From: an uncultured Acidobacteriota bacterium
GTDB lineage: Bacteria > Acidobacteriota > Blastocatellia > Pyrinomonadales > Pyrinomonadaceae
Assembly (NCBI GenBank): GCA_963816985.1
Contig: CAWFMF010000004.1
Coordinates: 4,503,106-4,567,105 of the forward strand
Length of the DNA stretch: 64,000 nt
Reading direction: 5' to 3'
The notes under the pieces were generated by a model, which had not been told where the DNA came from, searched no databases, and was given only the letters and a program-made list of their open reading frames with translations. Positions 9,457-17,343 of this stretch are shown piece by piece (the first letter of the stretch is position 1; the number at the start of each line of letters is the position of its first letter). The position numbers and the translations under genes were made by a program.

Positions 9457-9504
9457 CCGAGAGGAGTCGAGAGAGGACGACGAGAGCTTTTCTTTAACTT
9501 GAAT

Positions 9505-12500
9505 ATGCAGCTATCGCCCACAGAGATTTATAACGGCAGGAACGTCTTCATCATCGGGGCCACCGGGTTCCTCGGCAAGGTCACGCTCTCGATGCTCCTG
9601 ACGCGCTTCCCCGGCGTGGGGCGCGTGTACGTGACGGTGCGCGCGCGCTCGAAGGAGGAGTCCGAGACGCGCTTCTGGAATAACGTCATCACCGCGCCGC
9701 CCTTCGACCCGTTGCGCGAGCTTTACGGCGACGCCTTCGAGGACTTCGTCCGCGACAAGGTGCGGATCGTGGGCGGCGACATCGGCGAAGACAACCTCGG
9801 CATGACCGAGGAGGACGCCGCCGCCGTCGCCTCCGACATAGACATCCTCATCAACAGCGCCGGGAACGTCACCTTCAACCCGACGTTGGAGAGCGCGCTG
9901 CGCACCAACGTCGTCGGCACGCAGAACGTCATCGCTTTCACTAAGCGGATGAAGCGGCCCGCGCTCGTCCACGTCTCGACCTGCTTCGTCGCGGGCAACC
10001 GTTCGGGGCCGGTCTGGGAGAGCGACCCCGTCCTCGGCTACTTCCCCCGCCGCGAAGAGATTCCCGGCGTCGAATTCTCCGTCGAGCAGGAGATACGCGA
10101 CTGCGCCCGGCTCGCCGAGCGAGTCCGCGAGGAGGCCCGCGACGCACTTCAAGCCGCACGCTTCCGCGAGCAGGCGCGCAAGCGGCTCGTCGAAGAGGGG
10201 CGCGACCCCGACGACCTCGACGCCATGGGCCTCGCCGTCGCCCGCGAACGTAAGGTCTGGACGCGCGAGCGTTTGACCGAACTCGGCATGGAGCGTTCGG
10301 CCTTCTGGGGCTGGCCCAACATCTACACCTACACCAAGAGCCTCGGCGAGCAACTCGTCGCCGCCGAGGAGGGAGTGGTTCGCACCATCGTCCGCCCCTC
10401 CATCGTCGAGTCGGCGATGCGCTTCCCCTTCCCCGGCTGGAACGAGGGTTTTACGACGACCGCGCCGCTTATCTTCCTCACGCTCAAGGGGCAGACGCAG
10501 ATACCGGCGAACGACAAGCTCATCCTCGACATCACGCCCGTTGATCAGGTCGCGGCGGTGATGCTCGCCGTCGCCGCCGAGGCGATGGTCGGCGAGCCGC
10601 GCATGGTCTATCAGGCCGCGACCGGCGACAGCAACCCGAACAACATGAGCCGCATCGTCGGCCTCGTCGGGCTCTACAAGCGCAAGCATTTTCAGGAGAA
10701 GGAGTCGGGCTTCCGCGTCGTCAACGAACTCGCGGCCCGCATGGAGGCGAAGACCGTCTCCGAGAGCCGCTTCGAGAAGACCTCGACGCCGATGGTCAAC
10801 GCCGCCGCGAAGAAAGTCTCGTCTCTGCTCGACCGCGCGCGACCGCGTTGGGGCGGCGGTCGCTTCACCGACATCGTTGACCGCGCGAAGGAGACGATTG
10901 ATAGAGTTGAGGAGGTGACGCGCGAGACCAAAGAGGCGTTCGAGTTGTTCCGCCCCTTCACCATCGAGAACAGTTACGTCTTCCGCGCCGACAACGTGCG
11001 CTCGCTCTTCTCGAACATCCGCGAGGACGAGCAGGCGCTCCTGACGTGGAACCCCGAAAAATACGACTGGTACGACTACTGGATGAACGTCCACTTCCCC
11101 GGCCTCAAGAAGTGGGTCTTCCCGACGCTCGAAGAGGACATGCGCGCGCAGCCGAAGCGCGTTTATACGTACCGCGATTTACTCGAACTCTTCGAGACTT
11201 CTTCCAAGCGATTCTCCACGCGCGTCGCCATGCGCATCGAGCGCGACGGGCAGCAGGAGCAGTACACCTACGCCAACATCCACGAGCTGGCGACGCGCGC
11301 CGCCGCCTTCTTCGCCGCGCAGGGCGTCAAGCCCACAGACCGCGTGCTGCTCGTCAGTCACAACGCGCCCGAATGGGGCATCAGCTACTTCGGCGTCCTC
11401 AAGGCCGGTGCGACCTGCGTCCCGGTTGACCCCGAAAGCTCGACCGAAGAGCTTCTCAACTTCACGCGCGCGAGCGGCGCGGTCGGGGTCGTCGTCGGCG
11501 AGAAGGTCTTAGCGGAGCGACCGGACTTGCGCGAGCGGCTCGCCGACGCCGGGCTCGAAGCGAGCGTCTGGCGCTACGAGGAAATCTTCGAGCTGGTGGA
11601 CGAGCAGACCGAAGATGAAAGAATCGCCCTCTTGCCTCCGCGCGTGCAGGCGCAGACGGTGGCTTCGCTCATCTTCACTTCGGGGACGACGGGGACGCCG
11701 AAGGGCGTCATGCTCACGCACAAGAACCTGACGAACATGGTCTCGATGCTCTCGTCCGTCTTCGACATGGATACGGGCGACGGCGTGCTCTCGGTCTTGC
11801 CGCTCCATCACACCTTCGAGTTCTCGACCGGCTTCCTGACGCCCTTCAGCCGAGGGACGCAGATTACTTACCTGCAAGACTTGAACGGCGAAGAGCTGGC
11901 GCGCGCCATCAAGCAGAACTACGTCACCGGGATGGTCGGCGTGCCCGCGCTCTGGGAGCTTCTGCACCGCCGCATCATGAACCGCCTGCGCGAGAACGGC
12001 GAGTGGGTGGGCCGCTCCGCCGAGCTGATGATGCGCGCCAACAGTTGGCTCCGCGACCGCACGCCCCTGAACCTCGGACAAGTCCTCTTCCGCCCGATTC
12101 ACACCGGATTAGGCGGCAGCATCCGCTATCTCATCAGCGGCGGCTCGGCCTTGAACGAGAAGGTCAAGCGCGACATGCACGGCCTCGGCTTCACCATCCT
12201 CGAAGGCTACGGGCTGACGGAAGCCTCGCCCGTCCTGACCGTCACGCGCCCGCAGAACCAGCTCATCTCGGCGAGCGTCGGCAAGCCCCTGCCCGGCGTC
12301 GAGATAAAGATTGCGGACGCGGACGCCTCCGGCATCGGCGAGGTCCTGGCGCGCGGGCCGAACGTCATGTCCGGCTACTTCCGCAACGAGGAGGCGACCA
12401 AATCCGCCGTCGTCAACCGCTGGCTCCACACGGGCGACCTCGGTCGCATAGACGAAGACGGCAACCTCTACCTCGTCGGTCGCTCGAAAGAGATTATCGT

Positions 12501-13935
12501 TGACACGAACGGCAAGAACGTCTACCCGGACGAGATAGAAGAGCTGTACAAGGAGTCGCCCTACGTCAAAGAACTGGGCGTCGTCGGCCTCGCCGACGGC
12601 ATCGGCGAGAAGGTCGCGGCGCTCGTCTTCCCCGACTACGACCATGACATCACGCTCTCGCGCGAGGAGGTCGAGCGCCGCGTCGAGAATCACTTCCGCG
12701 ACGTGTCGTCGGCGCTCCCCTTCTACAAGCGCGTCAAGTCGGTCTACTTCACCGCGGAAGAGCTGCCGCGCACGGCGACGCGCAAGGTCAAGCGGCGCGA
12801 GGTCGTCCGCCTCATCCAGACGCTCGAAGAGAACCGCCGCGCCGGCATCAGCGAGAAGACGCAGCCGCGCGAGACGCACCACGACGCCTCCTGGCTGCTC
12901 GACATCGTCTCGACCGTTTCGAGCCGCCCGCGCGCGGAAGTCCGTCTCGACTCGCGCCTCGGCGAACTCGGCTTCGACAGCCTGATGTTCGTCGAGCTCG
13001 CCTCGGCCATCGAGCACGCGGGCGGGACGCTGCTTTCGCCCGACACGCTCAACGAGGTGGTGGACGTGCGCGAACTCTACGCCGTCGTCAAACGCCGCGC
13101 GAGCGCCGCCGCCAAGCGAGCCGCCGAGGCCCGCGCCGAAGAAGATAAGCGGCGCGAGGAGGACGAGATTTTCATCCCCTCCATCGTCCGCACGGTCGGC
13201 AACCGTGGGTTGGACGTGGTGCAGAAGCTTTTCTACGACCGCTTCCTCAACGCGACCATCGAGGGCGAGGGCAACATCCCCGCCCACACCAACTTCATCG
13301 CCGCCTCCAACCACGCCTCGCACCTCGACATCGGGCTCGTCAAAGTCGCGCTCGGCGAGTACGGGCGCGACATGGTGGCGCTCGCCGCCGCCGACTATTT
13401 CTTCGACAACAAGTACAAGCGCGCCTACATGAACAACTTCACGAACCTCGTCCCCATCGAGCGTTCGGGGAGCTTGCGACAGTCCTTGCGTCACGCGCGC
13501 TCGTTCCTCGAACGCGGCCACAACGCGCTCATCTTCCCCGAAGGCACGCGCTCGCAGACGGGCGAGATGGCCGAGTTCAAGTCCGGCTTCGCCTACCTCG
13601 CGCTCTCCACGCGCACGGGCATCCTGCCCGTCTACATCTACGGCACTTACGAGGCCTTCCCTAAAGGCTCGACCGTGCTCAAGGGCCGCGAGGTCGGCGC
13701 GCGCGTCGGGCGCTTCCTCGACATCGAACGTTTGGAAGAGCTGACGAAGGGGATGCCGAAGTCCGAGGCCTACCGCCTCGTCGCCGCGCTCGTCCGCCAC
13801 GAGATTGAGAACCTGCGCGACGGCACGCGCCGCGACTTCGACGCCCAGACGCTCCGCCGCCGCTGGAAGGCCGAACGCCGCCACGCGCCGGAAGAGACGC
13901 CGGAGGAGAGCGAGCTGGCGACGACGGGAGATTGA
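9505..13935 (+). CDS. multifunctional lipid-biosynthesis protein: fatty acyl-CoA reductase (FAR), AMP-dependent fatty-acid ligase, ACP (phosphopantetheine site) and AGPAT/LPLAT acyltransferase domains (ElbD-like)
   Basis: Domains along the 1476-aa protein:
- N-terminal FAR: GATGFLGK Rossmann motif, YTYTKSLGE YxxxK, male-sterility-type tail
- central adenylate-forming ligase: IFTSGTTGTPKGVMLTHKNL, GYGLTEASP, WLHTGDLG, and GRSKEI IVDTNGKNVYPDEIE
- carrier domain: LGELGFDSLMFVELA
- C-terminal AGPAT: NHASHLD (HxxxxD) and FPEGTRS
The ORF track begins at a TTG at 9499; ATG at 9505 is more plausible. Confidence 0.85.
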   Translation: MQLSPTEIYNGRNVFIIGATGFLGKVTLSMLLTRFPGVGRVYVTVRARSKEESETRFWNNVITAPPFDPLRELYGDAFEDFVRDKVRIVGGDIGEDNLGMTEEDAAAVASDIDILINSAGNVTFNPTLESALRTNVVGTQNVIAFTKRMKRPALVHVSTCFVAGNRSGPVWESDPVLGYFPRREEIPGVEFSVEQEIRDCARLAERVREEARDALQAARFREQARKRLVEEGRDPDDLDAMGLAVARERKVWTRERLTELGMERSAFWGWPNIYTYTKSLGEQLVAAEEGVVRTIVRPSIVESAMRFPFPGWNEGFTTTAPLIFLTLKGQTQIPANDKLILDITPVDQVAAVMLAVAAEAMVGEPRMVYQAATGDSNPNNMSRIVGLVGLYKRKHFQEKESGFRVVNELAARMEAKTVSESRFEKTSTPMVNAAAKKVSSLLDRARPRWGGGRFTDIVDRAKETIDRVEEVTRETKEAFELFRPFTIENSYVFRADNVRSLFSNIREDEQALLTWNPEKYDWYDYWMNVHFPGLKKWVFPTLEEDMRAQPKRVYTYRDLLELFETSSKRFSTRVAMRIERDGQQEQYTYANIHELATRAAAFFAAQGVKPTDRVLLVSHNAPEWGISYFGVLKAGATCVPVDPESSTEELLNFTRASGAVGVVVGEKVLAERPDLRERLADAGLEASVWRYEEIFELVDEQTEDERIALLPPRVQAQTVASLIFTSGTTGTPKGVMLTHKNLTNMVSMLSSVFDMDTGDGVLSVLPLHHTFEFSTGFLTPFSRGTQITYLQDLNGEELARAIKQNYVTGMVGVPALWELLHRRIMNRLRENGEWVGRSAELMMRANSWLRDRTPLNLGQVLFRPIHTGLGGSIRYLISGGSALNEKVKRDMHGLGFTILEGYGLTEASPVLTVTRPQNQLISASVGKPLPGVEIKIADADASGIGEVLARGPNVMSGYFRNEEATKSAVVNRWLHTGDLGRIDEDGNLYLVGRSKEIIVDTNGKNVYPDEIEELYKESPYVKELGVVGLADGIGEKVAALVFPDYDHDITLSREEVERRVENHFRDVSSALPFYKRVKSVYFTAEELPRTATRKVKRREVVRLIQTLEENRRAGISEKTQPRETHHDASWLLDIVSTVSSRPRAEVRLDSRLGELGFDSLMFVELASAIEHAGGTLLSPDTLNEVVDVRELYAVVKRRASAAAKRAAEARAEEDKRREEDEIFIPSIVRTVGNRGLDVVQKLFYDRFLNATIEGEGNIPAHTNFIAASNHASHLDIGLVKVALGEYGRDMVALAAADYFFDNKYKRAYMNNFTNLVPIERSGSLRQSLRHARSFLERGHNALIFPEGTRSQTGEMAEFKSGFAYLALSTRTGILPVYIYGTYEAFPKGSTVLKGREVGARVGRFLDIERLEELTKGMPKSEAYRLVAALVRHEIENLRDGTRRDFDAQTLRRRWKAERRHAPEETPEESELATTGD

Positions 13936-13941
13936 AAGGAA

Positions 13942-14023
13942 GTCAGAAGTCAGAACGCTGAACGCTGAACTGAAAGACAGAAGGCAGTTGTTTTTCGTTC
14001 ATCGTTCAGCGTTCTGACTTCTG
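13942..14023. terminator. AT-rich hairpin built from 7-nt tandem repeats (gtcagaa / cgctgaa)
   Basis: gtcagaagtcagaacgctgaacgctgaac ... gttcatcgttcagcgttctgacttctg. The arms are reverse complements. Lies between the ElbD-like stop (13935) and the epimerase start (14034). Confidence 0.5.
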
Positions 14024-14033
14024 CGTTTCAAAC

Positions 14034-15143
14034 ATGGCTACTAAGAGACCGACCGCGCGGAAGGCCGCGGCGAAGAAGACGACGAAGGCCGCCACGACGA
14101 CAGGCAAGACTGCGCTGGCGAAGAGGCCGCCGTCCGTGACGCTCGTGACGGGCGGGACGGGGTTCCTCGGCTCGCACTTGGTCAGGCTGCTCGTCGCGGA
14201 GGGCGTGAAGAACCTGCGCGTGCTGAGCACGTCCGCGCCCGCGTGGCTCGAAGAGTTGGGCGTCGAGACCGTGACGGGCTCAATCACTTCGCCCGAAGCG
14301 GTGGCGCGGGCCGTCGAGGGCGCGGCGGAAATCTATCACCTCGCGGGCCGCGTCTCGCGCGACAAAAAGGACGCGCACGAGATGTACGCGCTGCACGTCG
14401 AGGGCACGCGCGGGCTGTGCGACGCGGCGACGGCGGCGGGCGTCAAATCAATCGTCATGGCCTCTTCGAGCGGGACGATTGCCGTCACCGAGGAGGGCGA
14501 CATCGTGCCCGACGAGGACTGGCCGACGCCGCTCGAAATCATCTCGCGTTGGCCCTACTACGCGAGCAAGCTCTATCAGGAACGGGTCGCGCTCCAACAC
14601 TTTTCGGGCAAGGGCCGCCGCCTCGTGATTATGAATCCGAGCCTTCTGCTCGGCCCCGGCGACGAGCGACTCAGCTCGACGAAAGTCGTCCTCGACTTCC
14701 TCGCGCGCAAGATTATGTCCGTCCCGAAGGGCGGCCTGAGCTTCGTGGACGCGCGCGACGCGGCGCAGTCCTTCCACGCCGCGATGAGCGCGGGCCAGCA
14801 CGGCGAGCGTTACCTGCTCGGCTCGGCCAACTGGACGTTCACGGAATTTTTCGGTCGCCTCGAACGCATCACCAAAGTCCCGGCCCCCTTCGTCTCGCTC
14901 CCCTCGAAGCTCGCCGTCGCGGGCGCGCGCGCCTTCGATTCGCTGCTCCGCCACTGGAACGTCACGCCGCCCGTCGAGCCTTCTGAGATTGAGATGGCCG
15001 AGCACTTCTGGTACTTGGACGACACCAAAGCCCGCCGCGAACTCGGCTTCTCGCCCCGCGACCCGTCCGAGACGCTCCTCGATACCGTCAAGTACGTCCG
15101 CGAAAACTTCCTCGGCAACTCGGCGTTTCAGAGCGCGGGCTAG
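14034..15143 (+). CDS. NAD-dependent epimerase/dehydratase family (extended SDR) protein with Lys/Ala/Thr-rich N-terminal tail
   Basis: 369 aa. VTGGTGFLGSHLV Rossmann motif and YYASK (YxxxK). First 30 residues are KAAAKKTTKAATTTGK (histone-H1-like, basic). Confidence 0.85.
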   Translation: MATKRPTARKAAAKKTTKAATTTGKTALAKRPPSVTLVTGGTGFLGSHLVRLLVAEGVKNLRVLSTSAPAWLEELGVETVTGSITSPEAVARAVEGAAEIYHLAGRVSRDKKDAHEMYALHVEGTRGLCDAATAAGVKSIVMASSSGTIAVTEEGDIVPDEDWPTPLEIISRWPYYASKLYQERVALQHFSGKGRRLVIMNPSLLLGPGDERLSSTKVVLDFLARKIMSVPKGGLSFVDARDAAQSFHAAMSAGQHGERYLLGSANWTFTEFFGRLERITKVPAPFVSLPSKLAVAGARAFDSLLRHWNVTPPVEPSEIEMAEHFWYLDDTKARRELGFSPRDPSETLLDTVKYVRENFLGNSAFQSAG

Positions 15144-15156
15144 CCGATGCAATACT

Positions 15157-15231
15157 TGTAGGGGCAGGGCTTGTCCCTGCCCGTCTTTTCCGTTAGCGAA
15201 AGACGGGCAGGGACAAGCCCTGCCCCTACAG
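15157..15231. repeat. long palindromic repeat, family C (copy C1)
   Basis: tgtaggggcagggcttgtccctgcccg-(loop)-cgggcagggacaagccctgcccctaca. A 27-bp perfect stem at the convergent junction between the epimerase and the lipid kinase. The same arms recur at 57545..57637. Confidence 0.7.
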
Positions 15232-15281
15232 TTCCATTCGGCGTTATGTGTTTTCGGTGTGACTTCTTCCGGTATGAATTC

Positions 15282-16217
15282 TTAAGGACAGCGGACGCGT
15301 AAAGCGCCGGGCAGGATTTCAAACTCGGCGGGCAATCTCCCCACCAGCTCGCCGTCAACTTCGAGCCTTATCACTTCATCGGAAACGGGCCGCGCACTGA
15401 CGCAGCGCGCGCGGGCGTGGCGCACTTCGCTGAGGCCGAGGTGCGCGCCGAGGTAGACGCGATAGGAGTTGGCGAGAATCGTCAAAGGGCTCATGTCGCC
15501 GACGGCGACCACGTCGAAGAGGCCGTCCGTGAGCTTCGCCTCCGGCGCGATCTTCATGCCGCCGCCGAAGAAGCGCGCGTTGGCGACGCAGAAGTTCGTG
15601 ACGACGAGCTGTGACTCCGGGCCTTCGTCGAGACGGATGCGGACGGACGGCTTCTTGAACTGGAACGTGGTCTGCAAGGCCGCCGCCGCGAACGTCACCT
15701 TGCCGCCGAGCACCTTCGACGCCCCGGCGGGCAGCCACGAGCCCTCCTTGACGCGCTCTATCACGTCGCCGCCCATCCCGAACGAGGCGACGTTGACGAA
15801 GTACCTCGACTCCTCCGCGCCCGCTTCGTTCAGGAAGGTCACGCGGCCCGCGTCCATCCTACGCGTCGCGCCGTCGCGGAGGATACGCGCGGCCCCGGCG
15901 GCGCGCAGCGGCACGTCGAGCGTCCGGCGGAAGTCGCCGCCCGTGCCGCTCGGCAGCAGCCCCAACTCGGCGTCCGCGCCGGAGCGCAGGATGCCGTTCG
16001 CCACTTCCGAGACCGTGCCGTCGCCCCCGCACGCGACGACGAGACGGCGGCCCGCACGCGCTTCACTTTCGGCAATCTCGGCGGCCTCGCCGTGCCTCCC
16101 GGTGAACGCGCAGTTGAACGGGCCGAAGTGGCGACCGAGTTCACTCGCGATTCCCGGCCACGCCGCGCGCGTCGCGCCTCCGGCGGAAGCAGGATTGACG
16201 ATGATGAGAGGCAGCAT
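15282..16217 (-). CDS. diacylglycerol-kinase catalytic-domain family lipid kinase (YegS/DagK-like)
   Basis: 311 aa. LIIVNPASAGG...VVACGGDGTVSEVANGI...GLLPSGTGGDF is the DAGK_cat signature. Confidence 0.85.
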   Translation of the reverse strand: MLPLIIVNPASAGGATRAAWPGIASELGRHFGPFNCAFTGRHGEAAEIAESEARAGRRLVVACGGDGTVSEVANGILRSGADAELGLLPSGTGGDFRRTLDVPLRAAGAARILRDGATRRMDAGRVTFLNEAGAEESRYFVNVASFGMGGDVIERVKEGSWLPAGASKVLGGKVTFAAAALQTTFQFKKPSVRIRLDEGPESQLVVTNFCVANARFFGGGMKIAPEAKLTDGLFDVVAVGDMSPLTILANSYRVYLGAHLGLSEVRHARARCVSARPVSDEVIRLEVDGELVGRLPAEFEILPGALRVRCP

Positions 16218-16218
16218 G

Positions 16219-16346
16219 CAGTTTTCAGTTTTCAGTTTTGAGTTTTCAGTTTGTGGCCTTCAGATTTGAGATTTGAATGTTTCAGAGTTGAGATTCCGAA
16301 TCTGAAAACTGAAAACTCAAAACTGAAAACTGTCTACTGAAAACTG
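16219..16346. repeat. AT-rich nested hairpin built from cagtttt/ctgaaaa 7-nt tandem repeats
   Basis: cagttttcagttttcagttttgagttttcagtt ... aactgaaaactcaaaactgaaaactg are exact reverse complements. An inner cagatttgagatt/aatctgaaa palindrome is nested inside. Fills the whole gap between the AGPAT stop and the lipid-kinase start. Confidence 0.6.
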
Positions 16347-17251
16347 GCTTCCCCTTGTTGGGCGCGTTGTTCACGGTCTCGCTCGGCGAGTTCGGCGATT
16401 TTGGTCATGACGAAGTCGGCGATCTCCTTGTAAGTCCGCACGGAGTCGCGGCGGTCTTGGAAGTCCGTGAAGTCAATCGCCGGGCCGAAGTGGATGCGGA
16501 CGGGCTCGCCGCCGCGCCAGTTGCCGAGCACCTGCCGCGTAAGGTCGTTGCCGAGGCCCGCGATGAAGACGGGGACGACCTGCGGGCGCGCGTCCTTAAT
16601 GAGTCGGCCCACGCCGGGCTGCGGGCGGAGGAAAGAGTAAGGGTCTTCGTTCCTGTTGCGCGTGCCTTCGGGGTGGAAGCCGACGACGTTGCCCGCGCCC
16701 TCCTGACAGAGCGCCGTCAGCACGCGCATCGAATACTTGTCGAAGGCCCGCTTGTCCACGAGCGGGTTCTCGCCCCCGGCGAAGAACGGCGGGAACATTG
16801 ACCACCAGCCCATCACGAAGTTGACCAGCAGGCCGAGCGGCGAGTCGTAGAAGAAGCGTCCGCGCACGGGGAAGAAGAGCTGCTTGCGCCAGCGCGTCCG
16901 GCGGAAGAGGACGCTTGAGACGGCGTACATGTCGAAGAAGGAGCGGTGGTTGGCGACGAGCAGGATGGGCCGTTCGTGCGACGCGGCTTCGAGGTGTTCG
17001 AGCCCGTAGACGCGCATCAGGTTATAAGTCGCCAGATGTATCCACCCCGCGCCGACCATGCGCTGGCAGAAAGTCCAGAACCGCTTCCAGCGTCCGCGAT
17101 TCATCCGCCGCGTGAGGCCGAAGGCGAACCACTCCATCGGCGATAGCACGGCCAGCTCGTCGGGCGCGGGCTCCAAGCCCCACCCCTCGGCCTCGCGCAC
17201 GGCCCCGGCCTGCTCGCGCGTCTGAACTGTTTGGCTGTCGGTTGCTGACAT
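16334..17251 (-). CDS. 1-acyl-sn-glycerol-3-phosphate acyltransferase family (LPLAT/PlsC-like)
   Basis: 305 aa. NHRSFFD (HxxxxD) and HPEGTRN motifs. Confidence 0.85.
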   Translation of the reverse strand: MSATDSQTVQTREQAGAVREAEGWGLEPAPDELAVLSPMEWFAFGLTRRMNRGRWKRFWTFCQRMVGAGWIHLATYNLMRVYGLEHLEAASHERPILLVANHRSFFDMYAVSSVLFRRTRWRKQLFFPVRGRFFYDSPLGLLVNFVMGWWSMFPPFFAGGENPLVDKRAFDKYSMRVLTALCQEGAGNVVGFHPEGTRNRNEDPYSFLRPQPGVGRLIKDARPQVVPVFIAGLGNDLTRQVLGNWRGGEPVRIHFGPAIDFTDFQDRRDSVRTYKEIADFVMTKIAELAERDREQRAQQGEASFQ

Positions 17252-17268
17252 CCCCTGTCTCGGCGCAC

Positions 17269-17330
17269 AAAAAAAGTGACAAGCGAAAGAGAAAGCTTAA
17301 AGCTTTCCCCGCCCACTTGTCACCCCTCGA
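17269..17330 (-). terminator. intrinsic terminator of metH (hairpin plus U-run on the minus strand)
   Basis: gtgacaagcgaaagagaaagcttaaagctttccccgcccacttgtcac is flanked by aaaaaaa on the plus strand, i.e. a T-run after the hairpin when read in the metH direction. Confidence 0.55.
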
Positions 17331-17343
17331 CCGCCGGAGGTTT

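Noticed and set aside
9511-13884. Long minus-strand ORFs (9511..11094, 527 aa; 11509..12102; 12109..13884, 591 aa) antisense to the ElbD-like gene
   Set aside because: Arg/Ala/Gly-rich, domain-free products typical of antisense frames in 68% GC DNA. The sense strand has unambiguous multi-domain homology.
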